From Pristiophorus japonicus (lineage: Eukaryota), in the NCBI RefSeq assembly GCF_044704955.1, contig NC_091995.1:13516001-13580000 (forward strand): a stretch of 64,000 nt of DNA. The letters are read 5' to 3'. Made by a program: the position numbers and the translations under genes. Positions within the stretch are counted from its first letter, which is position 1. The number at the start of each line of letters is the position of its first letter. Shown one piece after another: positions 1 to 10,900 of the stretch. Under the pieces are notes generated by a model. The model saw only the letters and a program-made list of their open reading frames with translations. It was not told where the DNA came from and made no database searches.

Positions 1-821
1 GTATATAATGTGCTTCCGTGGAGGGGTAGAATGAAAGGGTTAATGGACCCACTATAATGCATGGATGTTTCAATGTGCATCATCAATGGCCTTGATGAAC
101 AAGTATTGATATAAATAAGGAGGGGAAAGTTAAGACAAGGCAAAAATTAAAACCTGTTAAGCGAAATTGAAGGGGTATGCCACACAATAACCATTTTGGA
201 AACAAGTGGTTCAAGGAGTTAACAAAATGTATACACAAGTAAATGTATACATAGTTAACATTGGGTATCACTGGACATCACTGGGGTGAAGAAGTTCTGC
301 TCTTCTTCACAGACCCTCCCTGTTGTTCTTTCCTCCCTTTTCTGCCCCTGTACTTAAAAACTGTTAGATCCCTAACTTCTGAGAGGTCTCCTCATTAAGG
401 TTGTCCGTTTGGGCGAGGTACTGAAGGTCTGCTGCCAGCAACAGATTTAAGGAGTCAGAAAACTGGCAACAAAATAAAAGTCAAACTTTGTTGTCATTAA
501 CCAACATCATTTCAATTAAAAAACAATTATCTGGTCAATATCTCATGGTTGTTTGTGGGGTCTTACTGTGTGCAAATTAGCTGCCACGTTTCCAAAATCA
601 CATCAGTGACTATACCTCAAAAGTACTTCATCGGCTGTAAAGCACTTTGGGACGTCCTGATGTCATGAAAGGCGCTATAGAAATGCAAGTTCCTTCGTTC
701 TTTCTAGATTGTTTGTTTGCTATAGCCACCTCTATTTGGAGAGGAGTGTTGTGTTTTTGGAGGACTGTACAGTAATATAATTATGTGGCAGCATGTTACA
801 TTTTAAAACGTTAGGATGCAG

Positions 822-2410
822 GCCATCAGGTCCTGGGGATTTATCGGCTTTTACTCCCATTAATTTATCCTGTACTTTTTCTTTACTAATATTAATTACT
901 ATAAGTTCACTTTCATTAGACCCTTGCTTCCCCGCTATTTTTGGTATGTTTTTTGTCTTCTACTGTAGGTAGAAAATATTTGCTTAAAGTCTCTGCCGTT
1001 TCCTTATTCTCCATTGCAATGTCTCCTGTCTCTGCCTCTAAGGAACCCACGCTTACTTTTGCTAATCTCTTCCTTTTTACATACTTGTAAAAGCTCTTAC
1101 AATCTGCTTTTATATTTCTTGTTAGTTTACTCTCGTATTCTATTTTCTCCCTCTATCAATTTTTTGGTCATTCTTTGCTGATTGTCAAACAAACCCTCCC
1201 AATCCTCAGGCTTACTACTCTTTCTGGCAACATTGTGGCCCTCTTGATTACTATCCTTAACTTCTCTAGTCACCCATGGCTGTACCACTTTTCCAGTGGC
1301 ATTTTATTCCTCAAGGGATTGCATATTCGTTGAGAATTATAACTTATTTCTTTAAATGTTTGCCAATGCTCATCTACCTTCATATCTTTTAATTTAGTTT
1401 CTCAATCTATCTTAGCCAACTCGCCCCTCATACCTACATAATTGGCTTTGTTTAAATTTAAGAAAGAAAGAAAAAGACTTGCATTTATACAGTGCCTTTC
1501 ACGACCACCGGACATCTCAAAGCCAATGAAGTACTTTTGGAGTGTAGTCACTGTTGTAATGTGGAAAACGCGACAGCGAATGTGCGCACAGCAAGCTCCC
1601 ACTAACAGCAATGTGATAATGACCAGATAAACTGTTTTTATGTTTTTTAAGGGATCAATATTGGCCAGGACACCCGGGGTAACTCCCCTACTCTTCTTTG
1701 AACTAGTGCCAGGGGATCGTTTCCGTCCACTTGAGAAAGCAGACGTGGCCTCGGTTTAACATCTCATCCGAAAGATGGCACCTCCGACAGTGCAGCACTC
1801 CCTCAGCTCTGCACTGGAACGTCAGCCTAGATGTGTGTGCTCAAGTCCCTGGAGTGGGACTTGAACCCACGACCTTCTGACTCCGAGGCGAGTAAGGCCC
1901 TAGTTTCGTATTTAACCACGTCACAAACTCAATATGATCACTTTTCTTTACAGGATCCTTTACTATAAGATTGCTAACTAACCCCCTCTCATTACACAAT
2001 ATTAGATCTAAAATAGCCTGTTCCCTTGTTGGCTCCTCAACATATTGTTCTAGAAAACTGTCTCAAATGCATTCCATAAATTAGCCCTCCAAGCTACTTG
2101 TAAATTTGGTTTGCCTAGTGCATATGAAGATTAAAGTCCCCCACAATTATTGCATTAGCGTTTTTACATGATCCTCTAATTTCCTCATTTATACTCTCAC
2201 ACTGTAACTACTGTCGGGGAACTTATTATCTACTCTCACCAGTATTTCTGCCCTTTTGTTATTTCTTAGCTCCACCCATACTGATCCTACTTCCTGATTT
2301 TTAGGGGGAAAATTCTTTCACACTATTGTCTTTACCTCTATCAGGGCTGCACCCGCCACCCGCTTTTCCATTTTGCCTATCTTTTCTAAAAGTCAAGTAC
2401 CCTGGAATAT
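822..2410 (-). mobile_element. Old degenerate CR1 ORF2 fragment, interrupted by a SINE
   Basis: Similar to the CR1 at 29900-30700 (e.g. GMRGELAKID vs GMRAELAKVD; ggccatcaggtcctggggatttatc = KSPGPD). Confidence 0.7.
1463..1892 (-). mobile_element. Same SINE family, inserted in a CR1
   Basis: Reverse core plus B box; (tttc)n tail; TAAG on both sides. Confidence 0.75.
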
Positions 2411-2414
2411 ATTG

Positions 2415-4362
2415 CAAATCCCAGTAGCCAGTGTACAGCGGAGTGCAGAGGCAGGTCAGAGTGCAAAGGCAAGAGTTTGGAAAGTGGGAGAACTTTAAGG
2501 GTTAATCCCTTTTAAACCATTCCAAGGTTGGTGTAAATTACTAGTGACAATTTCTAATAGCTTCTAAAGGTAAAATAAGATTACAAGTTTAAGTAAAACT
2601 GCAATATTAAACAGATAGGATTCTTGTAGGCTTAACCAGAGACAAACAAACAAGCTAACTTAATTAATTGGACAGCTAGTAAAAACTGGTTCCCTAAACA
2701 GGCCAGTGGTGAGTCAGCCAGGAACAGTATAAAAAGAGGGGGCTTGGTGCAGTCTTGCTTGGAGTGCAGTGGCAGGTCAGAGTGCAAAGGTAAGAGTTTG
2801 GTAAGTGGGAGAGTTCAGGCAAGTGGGAGCAGGCGTTGTTGCTTTGTCTTTTTTTCCCCCACCAGCGCTGACTCCCCGACCTGGGAGGAAAAGAAAATGA
2901 AGTGTGATGTCACAGCAAGAGGTTCGGGGACGTTGGTTGGCCAATAAAGGCCCAGCGGCAGTCTAGAGGCGGTGGCAGTCGGAGCGGCCTATAAAGGACA
3001 GCTGGTGCAGCTGCAGCAGGGAGAGAAGGCAAAAAAGTAGAAAGAAATCGAAAGGTGACATCACAACCAAGATGGTAAGTGATTGGCGAGTAGTTTTTTC
3101 TTTTTCTTTATCAGTAAGTAACCTTTAGCATTATTGTTGCAAAATTAAGTGAATCTAGGGGTTAAGTCACGGCAGGAGACCTCAGACACGTGTTATGCTG
3201 CTCCTGTATGTGGGAAGTCGGGGACGCTTCCAGTGTCTCCGACGACTATATATACGGGAAGTGCATCCAGCTGCAGCTCCTGACAGGCCGCATTGCGGCA
3301 CTGGAGCTGCGGGTGGATTCACTCTGGAGCATCCACGATTCTGAGAATGACGTGAATAGCACGTTTAGTGAGTTGCTCTTACCGCAGGTAAAGGTTACAC
3401 AGCCAGATAGGGGATGGGTGACCAACAGGAAGGGCAGTGGAAGGAAGGTAGTGCAGGGGTCCCCTGCGGTCATCCCCCTGCAAAACAGATACACCCCTTT
3501 GGGTACTGTTGAACGGGATGACTCATCAGGGGAGGGCAGCAGCAGCCAAGTCCATGGCACTGTGGGTGGCTCTGCTGCACAGGAGGGCAGGAAAAAGAGA
3601 GGGAGAGCTATAGTGATAGGGGATTCTATTGTAAGGGGAATAGATAGACGTTTCTGTGGCTGCAACCGAGACTCCAGGATAGTACGTTGCCTCGCTGGTA
3701 CAAGGGTCAAGGATGTCTTGGAGCAGGTGCAGGACATTTTGAAGGGAGAGCGTAAACAGCCAGTTGTCATGGTGCATATAGGTAAAAAACAGGACGAGGT
3801 CCTGCAAGACGAATTTAGGGAGCTAGGAGCTGAATTAAAAAGTAGGACCTCAAAAGTAGTAAGCTCAGGATTGCTACCAGTGCTAGTCAGAGTAGGAATC
3901 ACAGGATAGCTCAGATGAATACGTGGCTTGAGGAGTGATGCAGAAGGGAGGAATTCAAATTCCTGGGACATTGGAACCAGTTCTGGGGGAGGTGGGATCA
4001 GGACAAACCGGACGGTCTGCACATTGGCAGGACCGGAACCAATGTCCTAGGGGGAGTGTTTGCTAGTGCTGTTGGGGAGGGGTTAAACTAATATTGCAGG
4101 GGGATGGGTACCTATGCAGGGAGACAGAAGGAAGTAGAATGGGGGCAGAAGCAAAAGATAGAAAGAAAAAAAAGTAAAAGTGAAGGGCAGAGAAACCCAA
4201 GGCAAAAAGCAAAATGGGCCACATTACAGCAAACTTCTAAAGGGGCAAAGGTGTTAAAAAGACAAGCCTGAAGGCTGTGTGCCTCAATGCGAGGAGTATT
4301 CGGAATAAGGTGGACAAATTAACTGCGCAGATAGCAGCTAACGGATATGACGTAATTGGCCA
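2415..4362 (+). mobile_element. CR1 5' portion: 5'UTR, ORF1 (zinc finger/leucine zipper + SGNH esterase), start of ORF2
   Basis: CCSC...GKC, IAALELRVDSL, VIGDSIVR, DGLH; ORF2 start CLNARSIRNK truncated at about 4360; about 52-bp direct repeat in the 5'UTR (2440 and 2761). Confidence 0.85.
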
Positions 4363-4499
4363 ATGGTAGCTTTATGAAGTCTTTGTACTGACAGTTAAGA
4401 GTTAGGCAGTAAAACTATCTAACTGAACACTAATAAAGCTAGAATCTCGTTGCTCGTGGTGTTTCAAACGTGCAGCAATATGGAGCTAGAATTCATTAC

Positions 4500-4522
4500 C
4501 TTTTCTGTGTTTCTTTCAGATT
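4500..4522 (-). CDS. TRIM coding exon 5 (23-nt linker micro-exon)
   Basis: ttttttgttttcacag|AATCTGAAAGAAACACAGAAAAG|gtaatg = NLKETQK+AG; 23 nt is the characteristic class IV TRIM micro-exon size. Confidence 0.82.
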
Positions 4523-4837
4523 CTGTGAAAACAAAAAAATAAATTAGAATAGAAGTACAACTACACAAGATACATTTTTTTACACAAGGTAAGTGAAGTC
4601 AATGTTCAGGAATTTCATCTCAAACAAGTCCTTCTGGTTTTTTCTGGCACTTTTATTGCATCTGTAAATTAATTCCATAGTATTTATAGGACGGAAACAG
4701 GCCATTCGGCCCAACTGGTCTGTGCCACCCGACTTCATCTCACCCCATCAACATATCCTTCTATTCCTTTCTCCCTCGTGTTTATCTAGCTGCCCCTGAA
4801 ATGTATCTGTGCTAGTTGCCTCAACTTCTTTATTTGG

Positions 4838-5390
4838 TGGCCAGGGCCATTGGAGGGAGCAGCGCGCGGCAGCCCGGCCCGGAAATTGGTGCGGTCCCAG
4901 CCTGCAAGACCATCAGTAGGCCGGGGCCATTGGAGGGAGCAGGTGCGGCAGCATACCACTGCAGGGAGCAGTGCGAAGCCAGGTCACTGATTGCAGTGCG
5001 GGCAGGCACAGCAGGAGAAGGAGCGGCAAGAGTCCGGAGAGGGAAGTGACCGGGACCCAAGAGAGGAGTGGGCCCAGGGGGGCGGAGCACGGGCCAGCCC
5101 AGACTGCGATGTGTGCGCGCGCGCTCGGTCTGTGCAGCAGGGCTGGTCTCCAGTTAGTCTTGGGTATTACTTGCCACTGGACCAAGACCTAGCTCTGTCA
5201 AGCCCGTGTGGTGGCTGGTGTGCAGCGGCCACCACACGTAGAAAAAATCCACACGCAGGTATCTTCCACCCTTCACGATGTAGTTTGGGATCTGGAATAT
5301 TAGGTCCTTCATTAAAATACCTGTGAACTCATCCCTTTTTGGCGTGGAAGCAAGTCATCCTCGCTTCGAGGGACTGCCTACAACGATGAC
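4838..5390 (+). mobile_element. RTE-tailed non-coding retroelement, copy A
   Basis: Shared body and tail gtggaagcaagtcatcctcgcttcgagggactgcct. Confidence 0.8.
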
Positions 5391-5404
5391 TATGTGGTAG
5401 CAAG

Positions 5405-5550
5405 CAACCTTCCCCCACAGTTACGCACCAATCGGGAAGTCCCGCGAAGGCCATTCACCAGCTGTTGCCACTGGTAAAGATGCAGCGCATGCGCGAACAC
5501 GCAGCAAATTTAAAGGGACCGCACACGAAACAAAATTTAGAGGGAACATT
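5405..5550. mobile_element. Small hAT-like MITE
   Basis: Right end TTAGAGGGAACATTG; degenerate left end caaccttccccca; interrupts a CR1 tail. Confidence 0.4.
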
Positions 5551-6296
5551 GGTTACGAGTTCCACACATTACACAGTGGTGAGAATGTCAGCTGAATTTC
5601 CTGTTGGATTTCTTAGTGCCTAGCTTATATTTATGGCCCCTAGTTCTGTCCTCACCCGTAAGTGGAAACATTTTCTCTACGTCTACCCAGTCAAATCCTT
5701 TGCAATACACGGCAGGAAGGTTGCAGGTTCGACCCCTTAGTCCGTCCAGAGATGGCCAATATCAGCCAAGCAGAAGCAAGAGAGCCTGCGGTTGATAGCA
5801 AGGGAGCGTGGGAGAGGGAAGACATATCGGACTGTATTCCCACTCCGAGTCACTATCCGGTGACTCCTGCTGGAAAACATTAGCCGAGGAGCGAATGAGA
5901 ATCGGCTACGATGTCCGCCACAGTTGACTATCCCACCATAGAATGACACAGAATTCACAGCACAGAAACAGACCATTCGGGCCAACTGGGTAAGGAAGTT
6001 TCTCCTGAATTCCTTTATTGGATTTAGTGACCAGCCTATATGGATGGCCCCCGCAGTTTTGGATTCTCCCCCACGCCCTAAATCAGGCTCACAGCTAACG
6101 AATGGCCTCTGGGGTGAGATAGTGAGGACGGACTGCACCGCAGCACAAGTCGGTGCCAATCTCCGGTGAATTAATTCTGTGGTGGCTGCGGTGACTCTCT
6201 GCAATGGCCGATGGCAGACCGGTAGAATCTTCCACGGTGGGGGGGGGGGGGGGGGGGGGGCGGATGGGGGAAGAGAGAAAACGGAGACTGATTTAC

Positions 6297-6530
6297 CAGT
6301 AGAAAGGCAATGCTGTCCTGATGATTTATTTCCTCCTCCATCGCCTTGATGCTGGCATCCAGCGAAGATAAATCCCTGGGGATCTGGTCGATCTTCCCCT
6401 GCAGCTGTATGCTCTGTTGGTTCACCTCTGCTTTCAGCTGCTGGAGCAGAGCAGCCTCCTCCTTGTAAAGGAAACTGTGGAGCTCCTCAAAGCTTTTTTT
6501 GATGCTGTCCACTATATTCTGGGTCATATT
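6297..6530 (-). CDS. TRIM coding exon 4 (coiled-coil, 234 nt)
   Basis: Acceptor cctag|AAT with a TACTAAC branch point upstream; NMTQNIVDSIKKSFEELHSFLYKEEAALLQQL...QDSIAFLL; donor CTG|GTAAAT; size matches the usual 231/234-nt TRIM exon. Confidence 0.9.
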
Positions 6531-6577
6531 CTAGGCCCAAGGTAATAAATGCAGTTAGTAAGGTTCATCTTTAAAAA

Positions 6578-6630
<53 letters not shown>
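6578..6630. repeat. (CA)n microsatellite
   Basis: About 25 CA units immediately upstream (gene sense) of the TRIM exon 4 branch point. Confidence 0.95.
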
Positions 6631-6632
<2 letters not shown>

Positions 6633-6719
6633 ATTCACTGTTACCTCAAAAGTATTCCTGGCTGTGATTTACTTCCCCAAAGGCGGTGTTTTTATCCGTT
6701 TAAAAAAAAAAACATTTCC

Positions 6720-7495
6720 TCCAACTCAATATTGGGAAGACCGAAGCCAGCGTCTCTGGTCCCCGCCACAAACTCCGTTCCCTAGCCACCGGTTCCTTCC
6801 TGGCTACTGTCTGATGCTGAATCAGACTGCTTGCAATCTCGGCGTGCTATTTGACCCCAACTCTGCTCACCACCAAAACCGCCTATTTCCACCTCCGTAA
6901 CATCGCCCGTCTCTGCCCTTGCCTCACCTCATCTGCTGCCAAAACCCTCGTCCATGCTGGTGTCATCGCCAGACTTTCCTGGCTAGACTCCCACCTTAAA
7001 CCAACTTAAGCTCATCCAAAACTCTGCTGCCCGTATCGCAACTCGCACCTAGTCCCGTTCACCCACCACCCTGTGCTCTTTGACCCTAGATTGGCTCCCA
7101 CTCCACAAACATCTCAATTTGTATCCTCACATTCGAATCCCTTCATGGCCTCACCCGTCCTCCCTCTCTAACCTCCTCCAGGCCTATAACCCTCCGAGAA
7201 CTCTTTGTTCCTCCACTTTGGCCTCTTGTACATCCCTGATTTGAATCACTCCACCAGTGGCGGCCGTGCCTTCAGCTGCAGAGGCCCCAAGCTCTGGAAT
7301 TCCCTCCCTAAACTTATCCGCCTCTTTCTCTCTCCTCCCTTAAGATGTTCCTTAAAACTTACCTCTTTGCCCAAGGTATTGATCACTTGTCCTAATATCT
7401 TGTGGCTTGGTGTAAATATTCGTCCAACCATGTTCCTGTGAAATGCCTAGGGACGTTTTACTACATTAAAGGTGCTATATAAGTGCAAGTTGTTT
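6720..7495 (+). mobile_element. L2-type LINE 3' fragment
   Basis: NLGVLFD, QNSAAR, GGRAFS..GPKLWNSLP; tail tataagtgcaagttgtt; similar relics at 39600-40130(-), 41110-41430, 43115-43500(-), 47620-48170(-), 63575-63805. Confidence 0.75.
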
Positions 7496-7958
7496 TTCTC
7501 TCTGAAGACTTATTCTGGGGTAAAATTCCAGTTAGAAGATGTAGAAATAATGGGATTGAAATTGGACATAAGTGGCAGATGCAAAACAGACAGTATCGCA
7601 TCAATCGCTCATTATACACCCCAGTCCCGTTCAATAGCTTCACTAGCATGGATTGTCAGGCGTGTGGTATAATGGGTGGCGAATGAGACATAAAAGTGAA
7701 ATGATCAACGTGAGCAATGGGCTTTCGGGCAGAATATTGGAGGCAAAACACTGAAATCATTTACGAAACAGATGGATGCCATCAAGACGACTGGACAAGT
7801 TATTTCTGGATGGGTGAGGCCAATCTTTCTTCATACATGTCTATCTTAATCATATGTAACAAGATAGATTTCTTTCAGAAATCAATATTTTGAAATGCAG
7901 TATAGGAGTAATTTGAGACATGGTCAAATTTGTAAAATTGTAATCATAATAAGTGTAG

Positions 7959-10900
7959 CCCTTAAAGGGACCCTGATATGGAGAGACCATCTTCAGCGAT
8001 GGCGGGGCCAACAAAGACCTATTATTGCTCGCGCGGCAGCCAAGGCCACGGCTGTGGCTCCTGCTGCCCAGTCACCATTCAGGCATAACTAAAAAAAAGA
8101 ATGGGGTCAAGAGCTACACTCACCCCAACATGATCATCGAGGAGTGTGTGAAGGCAATGGCTGAGGTTGCCGGCCCCTCGGGAAAGCGGAGTTCTTCCTG
8201 AGGTCGGTGTGGGAGGTATCCCTGGCCCTGATAGTAAGGGGCTCACGGTGGGCGGGACCTTCCTGCCGGCGCATCGTCTCGAGGCCACCGCGCCGAGGAT
8301 CGTTATCTCAAACGTCCCGCCTTTTGTTCCCAGTGAGCTCCTCCTCCCCCACCTACGTCAACTGGGGGAGGTGAGGTCGGGGATAAATCCGATTCCGCTC
8401 GGCTTCAGGGAGGCCAGCCTCCATCAGGTGTTCTCCTTCCGCCACCAGCTTTTTGGTCAACTGGCACGGGATGCGGTAACGGAAGGGGCCTTTAAAGTGC
8501 TCCACGAGGGGACAGCCTACTGCGTCCTCTGGACGTCGGACGGTGCCACGCCTGCAAGGAGGTGGAGCATGTCCGCAAGAACAGCCCTGCCTTAGAAGCC
8601 GCAAAAACATCTAAAGCAGCCGAGGCTGGTGCCGACGCCATTCCTCCCCAGTTACCATCCGTGCCATAGATGCACGGGTGTCGTCGGGGGACCAATGTCA
8701 TCACGGCCTCCTGCGGGGGTGGGGGGGGGCTGGGAAGGAAAGAGAGGGAGAGCGTCTGCGCGGAAGGAAGGCACGGCATAAGAAAAAAACACCTGAAGGC
8801 TAGTCCCCTCAGTGAGCCAAACTGCCCCATCACTACTCTCGGCCCCAACACACCACCGGCAAGCACGGAGCATTTCGTGCCCGAGACCACAACTGCTCCT
8901 GTGGATGGTTGGATGGCCGCAGTCGGGCTCGGGCACGGGAAAGAAACACAGATGGAGGGAGTAGAGGTGGATGCAGACATGGAGGTTCCCCTGCCTCCGT
9001 GTCCCTCCGGACACAAAAAGGAGGCGCCAATCCGGGGAAACGGAGGAGGACCAAGGTCCCTCCGTGCGGGAGGAGTTGATGCCAGGCGCGGGTCCGTCAC
9101 CCACCAATCGGTCCCAACGTGCGTCGTGGGGGCGGGGGGGGGGGGGGGGGGGAGGTCTGTCCCTTGGGAGGATGAGACAGCCAAGGCTGTCCAGCTTGAC
9201 CTTCCCGGGGAGGGGGGGGGGGGGGGCGAGAAGACCTGCCTGTTGCGGGGGCCGCTAAGAGGACATCGCCGCCAGGTCGAGCGTCCCGAGGACTCAGGTA
9301 GGCGAGGCTGGAGAGGCCGAGTCCACCCAATCAAACCAGGATCTGTTCGACCCGGTCGAAAACACTGCGCAAGAACCCCCCGCCCACTGGGTCAGAGGGC
9401 GAGGAACCCTATCTCCATCCCGAACGTTGACGCCGGGTGTGTTGGAGGAATTGGAGAGGTTTTTCGGCCCGGTTTCTCCATGCAGCCTGGTGCCTGGGGT
9501 CCCCCGTCCATTGCCGCTTCCCGACCGGGCATTCCAGGAGGAGCCCAGGGAGGGACTCCTTTGCCGTCGATCCTGGGGTTGGGATCGTGACAGAGGTAGG
9601 GCTGGATGGTGCGGCCGGGGCTGTTCGCCGCACCCTGTGTGGTCGACGGACTGGCCGCTAGTGGTGACCTCCTGGGAGGAAGACAGGGGCTCGGTGGTGG
9701 ACACGGGAGGGGATTTAGAGATCCATCGCCAGTGAGCCGGTGGATCTCCTCGCGCCTGCCGCTGAGTCCCCCCTCATTCCTGCCAAGGAACTCCGGGACT
9801 TTATGGCAGAATGCCAGGGTTGCCGAGGTAAAGTCCAGCTGGCGTTGATCATGTCAGTCTTCACCGCCTTCAAAATCATGGGCCCGGACAGGGCCTTGTC
9901 CCAAAAAGACGCCGGCTCAAAACGTTCCTTGCTAGGTTGCTGACGGAGTGGAGGTCATCATACAAATCTGCTCCCTATCCACAGTAAGGTTAATTCGAGG
10001 TTGCACTATGCTCATCATGAAGATAACCATAAGCCAGCCTCAACATTAACAGCGGCAGAGAGGCAGACCGCAGATTTAAGAACCTTTCGCTCCCAAGGGA
10101 GGGGAAATATGCGGTGTTCTTCCTGCAAGAATCCTACACCGTTCCGGGAGAAGAGGCCACGTGGCTCCTGGAATGGCAAGGAGAGGTCCGCATGAGCCAC
10201 CTCACCGCCACTTCTTGTGGGGTGGCTATCTTGCCGGCCCCACATTTTCAGCTGGAGATCTTGTGTGTCAAGGAGCCTGAACCAGGCCGCTTGCTCAATG
10301 TCACTGTTCGCCTGGGGGGGGGGGGAACGTACCACTCCATTTAGTAAACGTGTATGCCCCTCAGCCCAGTGCGCAGTAAGTGCGCTTCTTCAAAGAAGTA
10401 TCCACTCTATTAGGCACCATTGACGTCGGCAACTGCATTGTCCTCGGGAGGGATTTTAACTGCACCCTTGACGCGAGACACTGCTTCGGTGCCCGGCAGA
10501 GCATGGCTGCGATGGAGAAGTTGAGGGACCTGGTCGGGTCCTTCGACTTGGTGGGCATCTGGCGAAATATCCATCCCGACTCCAGCACCTTTACTTGGGT
10601 GAGGTCTAGAAACATAGAAAATAGGTGCAGGAGTAGGCCATTCGGCCCTTCGAGCCTGCACCGCCATTCAATGAGTTCATGGCTGAACATGCAACTTCAG
10701 TACCCCATTCCTGCTTTCTCGCCATACCCCTTGATCCCCCTAGTAGTGAGGACTACATCTAACTCCTTTTTGAATATATTTAGTGAATTGGCCTCAACAA
10801 CTTTCTGTGGTAGAGAATTCCACAGGTTCACCACTCTCCGGGTGAAGAAGTTTCTCCTCATCTCGGTCCTAAATGGCTTACCCCTCATCTGGAAGAGGAT

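Noticed and set aside
360-465. Candidate TRIM exon 6 after ttttattttgttgccag (minus strand)
   Set aside because: The frame required by exon 5 (phase 2) hits a stop after four codons and the sequence looks repeat-derived; the true exon is probably outside the window
5700-6190. B-box-like ggttcgacccc and an old SINE-like segment
   Set aside because: Too degenerate to delimit or name from sequence alone
8492-9735. Multiple overlapping GC-rich ORFs up to 306 aa
   Set aside because: Frameshifted low-complexity Tx1 ORF1 C-terminus with poly-G runs of uncertain length
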